Shown here: piece by piece, positions 9,801 through 16,210 of the stretch
How the letters are laid out: every line of letters starts with the position of its first letter
Position numbering within the stretch: position 1 is the first letter of the stretch
Assembly: GCA_021498095.1 (NCBI GenBank)
Contig: JAIZWK010000001.1
Location: forward strand, 1,530,001 to 1,562,000
DNA from: Candidatus Harpocratesius repetitus
Lineage (GTDB): Archaea; Asgardarchaeota; Lokiarchaeia; Sigyniarchaeales; Promethearchaeaceae
DNA length: 32,000 nucleotides
Direction of reading: 5' to 3'
The notes under the pieces: generated by a model
Databases searched by the model: none
Seen by the model: only the letters and a program-made list of their open reading frames with translations
What the model was told of the DNA's origin: nothing
Program-made: the position numbers and the translations under genes

Positions 9801-9924
9801 TAGAGTTTAATGAACTTTTTTTCATAAAATCTGATAAATTAGAAAATGAAGTTGATGAATTGATCTTTTTTTTTCCTTTTTTCTTAGTATTATTTCCTTT
9901 CCTTTTTTTTGAAGCTGGTGTCAT
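6835..9924 (-). CDS. polB1: family B DNA polymerase, PolB1 (Dpo1-like) with an about 195-aa Lys-rich N-terminal extension
   Basis: ExoI YDIEV, ExoII FNGDNFD, ExoIII YNLMDS; Pol motifs DFSSLYP, KVFINGAYG, YGDTDS. B1-type features: LLTVEYDG..KAFAKFYD, NLSYETINCLHPEC..N...YWIC and a C-terminal LESFF PIP-like motif. Confidence 0.92.
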   Translation of the reverse strand: MTPASKKRKGNNTKKKGKKKINSSTSFSNLSDFMKKSSLNSIKKEIKEKEPSKLPSKSSKKPINKTLKKSTHKITPESIPIRESKEKKKKIIVNQEVKEKNPIMIKATMKEFKEVIKPIREQQEIHKKKEKQKKDKISSENKRKLGKVFYTKKSIDFGDYLYRDKYPRNPNESQKSYHLRILQQENQIVSNFEKGMLLTVEYDGQLNKAFAKFYDFSDDSIKIWIDTTNHRPYCYHKDSRSSLEQNQQLISFAGYDGMETVKKFDLLDDREIEITKIYGKTPTDIGGTQGIKALLEGAWEANIRYHHNFIYDRELIPGMLYKMKDGIIIPLDPQLDPSLDAKLHNVFKQEAPEIQSMAKVYHPVFSSSVPSLKRMAYDIEVEESEDGRLPDPTLAKYKVISVSFADTDGIKEVYCLNREDLTDGAYNENFPEETKVIFYQSERDLILETFRKIWQYPIIITFNGDNFDNSYLYHRARKLKIDETLNPILTSRGGGMVTRNTDYKQGIHLDIFQFFANRSIKGYAFGGAYLKNSLEDIASSLLGEGKVKHEGILIGDMNLANLIHYNLMDSILTLELTTFNNNLMWNLLVVLMRITRLPMQDLFRLQISAWIKSLLLAEHRRLNCLVPRMSELEERGGFDRTNTEKFQGAYVIDPIPGIHFQVAVLDFSSLYPTTIKTRNLSYETINCLHPECKNNRLPEIGYWICTKKMGIFASVVGYLRDVRVNYFKPLSNDKTVSQKERQTAMVMASALKVFINGAYGVFGSPMFNLYFRPVAEATTALGRYSIHETIKKSESMGVKVLYGDTDSVFLLNPSSDQVKNLIKWSKKDLDLDLELEKTYQFLALSERKKNYIGVRTGGKKVDIKGLMVKKYNTPEFIKKRFKEVQDELVTITDLKTFQQKRKKIIQIVRSTLKSIGKPPEKGGFHIEDYAITVVLRREVDTYTKTSPQHVKAAKMMTGKEQANLGRGSFISYVKTRSSEGVKPLSQASIEDLDISKYKDLVRSTFEQILDPLGINYEEIQGIKKLESFF

Positions 9925-10453
9925 TCTTATTTAAAAATAAAATCAATATCTTAAAAAAAGATAAGCATAACACAATTAATAAATCAAATAAGTGTCAAAA
10001 AATTTTATCAAGTTATAAGAGACTCTAGCAATTTTTTTTATCTTAATCAAATTCTATCTTTTGAGCCAATATTTTCGACAATACTCCCACGCATCCAATT
10101 ACTATTTGAGTCGGCATCTTTAAAACATTAAATGCGGTTAAGAATTTCACATTTCCATCATTTTTCTTTGAATTATTGACTTATTTATATGTATTTTTTA
10201 TAAACGATGTTTCGACAAAATTATAATTGGGATAGATTTGGGGATTGTGGATAATTTATACAAGATTTTTGGATTTCCTTCAAATTTTCGAATTCTGCTA
10301 TAACCTCATAACTTAAAAATTATTCACTGAAATTTGAATGATTTTTATATTCAAAAGATTTCTTTAAATATGTTCATTCCCTATTTCAATTACCCTAAAA
10401 TAAGTGAAAGGGTATGTATAAATTTCTCCCAACGTTAGAATACATAACGGGTT

Positions 10454-10501
10454 AATTCACATCTATTTTTCCCACAAATGTGGGAACTCATAATGTGAAT
10501 T
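10454..10501. promoter_or_regulatory. nested inverted repeat (operator-like) upstream of the 10515 gene
   Basis: AATTCACAT-N6-TTCCCACA-AA-TGTGGGAA-N6-ATGTGAATT: perfect 9-bp outer arms and 8-bp inner arms with symmetric spacing. Confidence 0.55.
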
Positions 10502-10514
10502 CCTAAAAAAAATA

Positions 10515-11060
10515 GTGATTAATATGGCATTAAATTCACGTGTAAAATGGTCAATTGCAATTCTCGTAATTGTGGCGTTATCCTTTCCTGTTTTTTTATT
10601 AATGCGAGGAAATTCAATGAATATCTATAAAAGTGGAGATATCAAAGACGCCAATGAGCAAATATATACTTATACTACGTTATATTCCATTAAAACTAGC
10701 GATAACGACATTATATATATGGATATAACTTCCAATGTAACACTTATGTATAGAATTGTGGATACTCCATACAATATTTCTGCAGCACCTATTGAAACTA
10801 CTCTTTTCGAAGATACTATTGAAGCGAATAATACTGCCCATTTAGAATTTCCTGTGGCTGAAATTCACGAGATTTCCATCCAATTTCGTTCATTATATTA
10901 TCCTTTGAAAATTCATATTTCATATTTTCAGCAAACTGAAGTGAAGGGTTTTTATATTTGGTTAATTTTCTTAGGAGTTGTGTTAGTTGTTATTAATCTT
11001 GGATCTTTTCTGATACCAAACCCTGCAGAAGAAATTCCTTCTCATAATAATGAACAATAA
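10515..11060 (+). CDS. hypothetical membrane protein (N- and C-terminal TM helices, beta-rich middle)
   Basis: Hydrophobic WSIAILVIVALSFPVFLLM and FYIWLIFLGVVLVVINLGSFLI flank a polar domain. ATG at 10524 is an equally likely start. Confidence 0.75.
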   Translation: MINMALNSRVKWSIAILVIVALSFPVFLLMRGNSMNIYKSGDIKDANEQIYTYTTLYSIKTSDNDIIYMDITSNVTLMYRIVDTPYNISAAPIETTLFEDTIEANNTAHLEFPVAEIHEISIQFRSLYYPLKIHISYFQQTEVKGFYIWLIFLGVVLVVINLGSFLIPNPAEEIPSHNNEQ

Positions 11061-11324
11061 TATTATTTTATTTTGGAAAACTGGAAAACAAAAGAATATT
11101 TTTTCCTTTTATTTCTAATATGTTTTTTCTTTCAATTTTTATAAATAATATCGATTTATGCATATAATACTATAACATTTTGTTTCATTGAAATTTACAT
11201 TTAAAATAATATATCTCTCTTTCCTTATTTTGAGAAAAATAAAAAAATATTCTTAAAAGTAACAAGAGAAAAATAAATTCATATCGATTAAATAAAATGC
11301 AATAAAATCGATGAGGTGGAAAAT

Positions 11325-12566
11325 ATGAATAAAAATGTTGTTATTGTGAGTGCTTGCCGAACTCCCATAGGGTCTTTTGGTGGTTCTCTGAAAAGTGTTC
11401 CTGCTCCAAAATTGGCAGCTCATGTAATGAAAGAAGCAGTATCAAGAGCAAAAATTGACCCAAAAGAAATAGGTGACATTCGCTTTGGTTGTTGTTTGGA
11501 ACCTGTCGACGCTTTAAACATTTCAAGGGTTGCTCAATTAATGGCTGGTTTACCTGAAACAATACCTGCTGTAACCATAAACCGTGTATGCATTTCAGGC
11601 ATGGAAGCAGTTGTATCAGGTGCTTGGCAAATAATGGCAGGTATGACTGATGTAGTGCTTGCTGGTGGTGTTGAATCAATGTCGAATGTACCTTTTGTAA
11701 GTGAAGAGACACGATGGGGTGCGCGATTGCAAGATAGAACATTTAAAGATGGCTTAATTCATGGTTTGCATGCTGGAAGTCATTTTGTTCCTTTTCCTAT
11801 TGAAGGGACAGGAGATTTTCCTGATGAGTATTATCGGGGAAAACCTTACATTATGGGATTAACTGCGGAATTTTTGGCTCAAAAGCATGGGTTTACAAGA
11901 GAACAGCAAGATGAAGTTGCCTTACGCTCACATAATGAAGCAGAACGTGCTACTAATGAAGGTATATTTATAGACGAAATAGTACCAATTACAGTTAAAA
12001 GTCGTCGAAAGGAAATGATCGTGGATAAGGATGAGCATTTTCGTAAGAATTTAACAATGGATCAATTAGCTGCATTGCGACCCGCTTTTATTCCAAAAAC
12101 TGGAACCGTCACAGCAGGAAATTCATCAGGAATTAATGATGGTGCTGCTGCATTGATAATTATGTCTGAAGAAAAAGCAAAAGAATTGGGGGTAAAACCA
12201 TTAGCTCGAATTGCTGGAATTGGAATGGGTGCGACTGCTCCATATTACATGGGAGAAAGTCCAATTCCTGCCGTAAAAGATCTTATTCGACGAACTGGGG
12301 TTTCTCTTGATCTATTTGAGAGAGTTGAAGTGAATGAAGCCTTTGCATCTCAGTATCTTGCAGTTGAGAAAGAATTGGGATTAAATAGGGAAATCACAAA
12401 TGTTCATGGATCTGGTATTGGATTAGGACATCCAGTTGGATGTACAGGAGCAAGAATTATGGTTACTTTGTTATATGAACTAATTCACAGTCAAAAAACA
12501 CATGGTCTGGCGACACTCTGTGGTGGTGGAGGAGTATCAGAAGCAGTTCATCTTGAAAGAATTTAA
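11325..12566 (+). CDS. atoB: acetyl-CoA C-acyltransferase (thiolase)
   Basis: RTPIGSFGGSL, NRVCISG (catalytic Cys), AGGVESMS, VTAGNSSGINDGAAA, EVNEAFA, GHPVGCTG and TLCGGGG. Start moved from GTG 11316 to ATG 11325 because GAGGTG (11313-11318) sits 6 nt upstream. The symbol is family-level only. Confidence 0.95.
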   Translation: MNKNVVIVSACRTPIGSFGGSLKSVPAPKLAAHVMKEAVSRAKIDPKEIGDIRFGCCLEPVDALNISRVAQLMAGLPETIPAVTINRVCISGMEAVVSGAWQIMAGMTDVVLAGGVESMSNVPFVSEETRWGARLQDRTFKDGLIHGLHAGSHFVPFPIEGTGDFPDEYYRGKPYIMGLTAEFLAQKHGFTREQQDEVALRSHNEAERATNEGIFIDEIVPITVKSRRKEMIVDKDEHFRKNLTMDQLAALRPAFIPKTGTVTAGNSSGINDGAAALIIMSEEKAKELGVKPLARIAGIGMGATAPYYMGESPIPAVKDLIRRTGVSLDLFERVEVNEAFASQYLAVEKELGLNREITNVHGSGIGLGHPVGCTGARIMVTLLYELIHSQKTHGLATLCGGGGVSEAVHLERI

Positions 12567-12657
12567 AATTGAAATTATATTATTGATAGGTTTTTTACTT
12601 TTTTACTCCTTTCTTTGCAAAGAATAATTTATATATGGCTTAATGTGATAAGAATAT

Positions 12658-13584
12658 TTGAACATGGCTCACCCTTTGCAATCTCCAAATGATTTATTCC
12701 TACGGATGTTTGAATCAGAAAAATTTTTACTTATGGGGAAAATGGCTTCTGGAGTGGCTCATGAAATTAATAACCCCATTATGATAATTCAAAACTATGT
12801 TTCTTTAATTCTGGATGAAATTACAGAACATGGACATTTAGATATTGCCCCTAATAATGATTATTATTCTGCTCTTCAAGAAATCATGGAAGAATGTAAA
12901 AGAATTTCTAAAATTACCAAAAATTTGCTTGAATTCACTCGTTCTAAATCAAATATTCCAGAAAAGGCTGATTTGGAGAATATTTTACTTAAGGTAATAA
13001 AACTCATGCAACCTATGATAGTGAGAGCTCAAATTAAATTAAACATTAAAATAAATATTGCAAATTCCCAATGTATTGTTCGATCTGATCAAATTCAACA
13101 AGTATTCGTAAATCTTATTGATAACTCAATATTTGCATTACAAAAGAAATATCCGGGTAATAGCCATTCTTCTAATGAAAAATTTATTGAAATAAGTATT
13201 TATCATAAAGAAATTAATCAGAATGGGCAATCTAAATCATTCATTGCCATTGAGTTTTATGATGATGGAATAGGAATAGAAAAAAACCTTCAATCTCAAT
13301 TATTTAAGCCATTTGTAACTACAAAAAAGAGTAAAGCAAATCAGTTGGAGAGTGAAAAATATCAAGGATTAGGTTTGGGTTTAGCATATTGTAAGGATAT
13401 TATTCAAAACCATAAAGGTTTTATCGAATTTGAATCTGAACCAAATAAATTTGCCCGATTTATTATTTATTTGCCACTAAATGATGAGAATAGTAAAAGT
13501 AAAATCGAATCTTCAGTAAAGCATGTTCCAAAATCAAATATTGTCGGAAATGGAGAAGAGAACGACGATACAATTATTTTTTAA
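12658..13584 (+). CDS. histidine kinase core (HisKA + HATPase_c) without a sensor domain
   Basis: H-box GKMASGVAHEINNP, N-box QVFVNLIDNS, G1 DDGIGI, F-box LFKPFVTTK and G2 GLGLGL. Only about 20 aa precede the H-box helix. Start is TTG 12658 or ATG 12664. Confidence 0.9.
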   Translation: MNMAHPLQSPNDLFLRMFESEKFLLMGKMASGVAHEINNPIMIIQNYVSLILDEITEHGHLDIAPNNDYYSALQEIMEECKRISKITKNLLEFTRSKSNIPEKADLENILLKVIKLMQPMIVRAQIKLNIKINIANSQCIVRSDQIQQVFVNLIDNSIFALQKKYPGNSHSSNEKFIEISIYHKEINQNGQSKSFIAIEFYDDGIGIEKNLQSQLFKPFVTTKKSKANQLESEKYQGLGLGLAYCKDIIQNHKGFIEFESEPNKFARFIIYLPLNDENSKSKIESSVKHVPKSNIVGNGEENDDTIIF

Positions 13585-13586
13585 GA

Positions 13587-14132
13587 TTATCTTTTTATAA
13601 AACAAATTCTTTCAAAATTATCTAAATAATCTCCCTTTTCACCCCAATATTCAATTACATTCTTTGATTCGCTTATTCTATATTTCAAAGATGTGCTTAC
13701 TGTGCTTACTTGAAATTTAGTATCAAATATATAGACTGAAGAGATAGGGTATTCTAATTCTGCTTCATCGATAAAGCTTGTATAAATATTTTCCCCTGAG
13801 GAAAAAATACCTTTGAATTTTATATTCCATTGAACTTGAACTAAATTTTCATGAAGAAGAAAAATAGAACAATTTATTACCTTTGGGAATACTTGATGGT
13901 TATTCACGTAATTTTTTTCTGAATCTAGTATTTTTTGCATATTACTGCAATAAAGTTCAATTTCATTTGAGTAATTTTTTGGATTATTTAAATAAATCCT
14001 GTAGTTTTTCTTTTTTTTTGATGCATTTAAATCTTTATAAAAATAGAAGATAGATTGAAAAAATACTCCAAAATTGGATATATACATAGTTGAAGAAGCT
14101 GAAATTGGCTGTAATTCTGAATATACTCTCAT
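13587..14132 (-). CDS. hypothetical protein (resembles a conserved archaeal uncharacterised family)
   Basis: 181-codon ORF 28 bp downstream of 14161..15009 on the same strand. The pattern NMQKILDSEK...PKV...F.G....GENIY...EAELEY...FERICF is reminiscent, from memory, of TACK hypothetical proteins. Confidence 0.7.
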   Translation of the reverse strand: MRVYSELQPISASSTMYISNFGVFFQSIFYFYKDLNASKKKKNYRIYLNNPKNYSNEIELYCSNMQKILDSEKNYVNNHQVFPKVINCSIFLLHENLVQVQWNIKFKGIFSSGENIYTSFIDEAELEYPISSVYIFDTKFQVSTVSTSLKYRISESKNVIEYWGEKGDYLDNFERICFIKR

Positions 14133-14160
14133 TTCCCACTATCTTTAAATGGAGATGTGA

Positions 14161-15009
14161 TTAATAAAACTTTTGATATGGATCTACGTTTTTGGTTGAG
14201 TATTTTGATCGTTTTGATTTTTGTTCTGTATAAGGTTTTTTCTTTTTTTTGAAATTTTTATGTCTTGTATGTTTTTTTACTGATTTCTTAGTTGTTTTTT
14301 TCTTTTTTTTACTTTTCTTTTGCAGAGTTCTTTTTATTTCTTTATTATTATTTATATTGCTCGTGTTAAAATCGATGTCTTGGATTTTAATTTCTGATTT
14401 TAAATTGATTTTTTTAGTTTTTTCAAAATTTGCATTGACAGTATTATTCTTGTTATTATTGTTAAAATTATTAGCCTCTGAGACCATTTTTTTCATCCAA
14501 AGGGATTCTGCTTCGTTATTCCATTTTGATTGCCATTTCTCAAAACCAGATTTAACAAATATTTTCCTTCTTGGATAATCTTCAGCTACCCAATTAAAAA
14601 TTGTAAAAAATCGTGCCTTTCCACTTTCTATAGATGCTTTATCTCGTGGAAAATCATAATTTTCAATAATATAATTAATATATGTCGATTCCACCTGATT
14701 TTGTAAGTAACCTTCAATTTTTGCATCATGATAATTGTAATTATTTTCTTTTAACCATTTTCGAGCTTCATCAAAACAAGGTCCTGTACATAACCAAATA
14801 TCTTCTGATTGTGGAATTTTCATTTCTTGAAAAGTTGCGATAAATAAATTTCTAATAAAACTTTTAGTGAGATTGTTGAAATTTTTATTCTGGTATAATT
14901 CCAAAGGTACTTCTTTCTTCACAAGGGTATTTGTTTCTCGGCGCCAAAATAAAATAAAGGCTGGACCGATTAAATCACCCGTTCCGCTATCATCTATTTC
15001 AACAGTCAT
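14161..15009 (-). CDS. RNase HII-like fold protein (divergent) with an Asn/Lys-rich C-terminal tail
   Basis: N-terminal VEIDDSGTGDLIGP parallels RNase HII GxDEAGRGPxxGP. Later motifs are CTGPCFD, KIEGYLQ, WV-ED--RR and KSGFEKWQ. The last about 105 aa are low-complexity N/K-rich. Confidence 0.6.
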   Translation of the reverse strand: MTVEIDDSGTGDLIGPAFILFWRRETNTLVKKEVPLELYQNKNFNNLTKSFIRNLFIATFQEMKIPQSEDIWLCTGPCFDEARKWLKENNYNYHDAKIEGYLQNQVESTYINYIIENYDFPRDKASIESGKARFFTIFNWVAEDYPRRKIFVKSGFEKWQSKWNNEAESLWMKKMVSEANNFNNNNKNNTVNANFEKTKKINLKSEIKIQDIDFNTSNINNNKEIKRTLQKKSKKKKKTTKKSVKKHTRHKNFKKKKKPYTEQKSKRSKYSTKNVDPYQKFY

Positions 15010-15104
15010 CGCGTGAGGAGAAAAGCGAAGAACTACCTTTAAGGATTTTCTAGCGATTCTTTGCTGTTCTTAAAAATAAAAATTCTTCAATTCACAGCAT
15101 TTTT

Positions 15105-16007
15105 ATGAATATTCTGCATATAATTACCACGACTAAAATGGAATGCGAAATCATACTTATCGGAAATGAATTACTAATCGGAAAGGTGCAAGATACAAAT
15201 GGGAAATTTATCATTAATCAACTTATTCCTCTTGGAATGAAAATTTCTCAAATCACGATTATACCTGATAATATTAATCGTATAAAAGAAAGCGTTCAAA
15301 ATGCATTATTGCGTAAACCCTTGTTTATTTTTACTTCTGGGGGGTTGGGACCAACATTTGATGATATAACTGTTAATGGGTTAAATCAAGTAATTCAACC
15401 ATTTCAAGAATTAATGGAGCGAGATGACGCATTACAGATGATCTATCAATCATACGCTATGAGATTCAATAAATCCAAAGAAGAGGCTAAAGAAATATTA
15501 GAAAAGAAATATCCTTTACATCATAAAATGGCAAAACTGCCTACATGTGCTGTTCTTCTATTTAATTCTGAAGGAGTCGCACCCGGTGTTTTGATTCCTA
15601 AAGAATTTACAAACGGTATTACAGAAATTATTTCTCTTCCAGGAGTTCCTCAAGAACTCCAAGCAATTTTCATCCAACATGTACTCCCAAGAATTCGAAA
15701 TTTAACAAAAGATCTACATTTTTATCAATGTGGATTTTCTTTTATAAATCTAGGTGAAAGTCGTTTTACTGAATTGATATATTCAATTAAGGATGAATAC
15801 CCTGGAATATGGATAAAGACTCATCCCCGATCAAAAATGATTGATGGAAAACGCCGATATGAAGTTGAGGTACATCTGACTTCATTTTCACAAGATAATT
15901 CTATTCCATCAAACATGAATCAATTATATTATATTCTAAAAGAACATGTGCTTGATTCCGGAGGAGTAATATTAAAAGAAAATCCAATAAGCAAAAATAA
16001 TATTTGA
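15105..16007 (+). CDS. CinA N-terminal / molybdopterin-binding (MoCF_biosynth) domain protein, lacking the PncC deamidase domain
   Basis: EIILIGNELLIGKVQDTN, IIPD, TSGGLGPTFDDIT, NSEGVAPG, LPGVPQE and IKTHP. ATG at 15138 is a likely alternative start. Confidence 0.85.
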   Translation: MNILHIITTTKMECEIILIGNELLIGKVQDTNGKFIINQLIPLGMKISQITIIPDNINRIKESVQNALLRKPLFIFTSGGLGPTFDDITVNGLNQVIQPFQELMERDDALQMIYQSYAMRFNKSKEEAKEILEKKYPLHHKMAKLPTCAVLLFNSEGVAPGVLIPKEFTNGITEIISLPGVPQELQAIFIQHVLPRIRNLTKDLHFYQCGFSFINLGESRFTELIYSIKDEYPGIWIKTHPRSKMIDGKRRYEVEVHLTSFSQDNSIPSNMNQLYYILKEHVLDSGGVILKENPISKNNI

Positions 16008-16210
16008 AGATATTTTGTAATTTAGGCAAAAAAAACCTTAAAAATTGCCCATATGTGGATATTTTTATTGTTTCACTTGGGCTCGTGGATAATTGGCTCA
16101 ATAAATTTAATAATAGACCAAATATTTTTTTACCTTGTTTTTCACCTTACACTGATATTTCTATGAATAATTGTAAATCGTGAAATACAAAATTAAATAG
16201 GTAGCAAAAA

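Noticed and set aside
10043-10150. 35-aa minus-strand ORF (GTG start) in the polB1 upstream region
   Set aside because: No SD, no motif, and a length expected by chance.
14249-14578. 109-aa very hydrophobic ORF that looks like a membrane protein
   Set aside because: It is the antisense of the poly-Lys/Asn tail (AAA read as TTT = Phe) of 14161..15009.
15105-16007. NAD-metabolism cluster of the CinA-like gene with nadE
   Set aside because: They are 8 kb apart with unrelated genes between, and this protein lacks the PncC deamidase domain.
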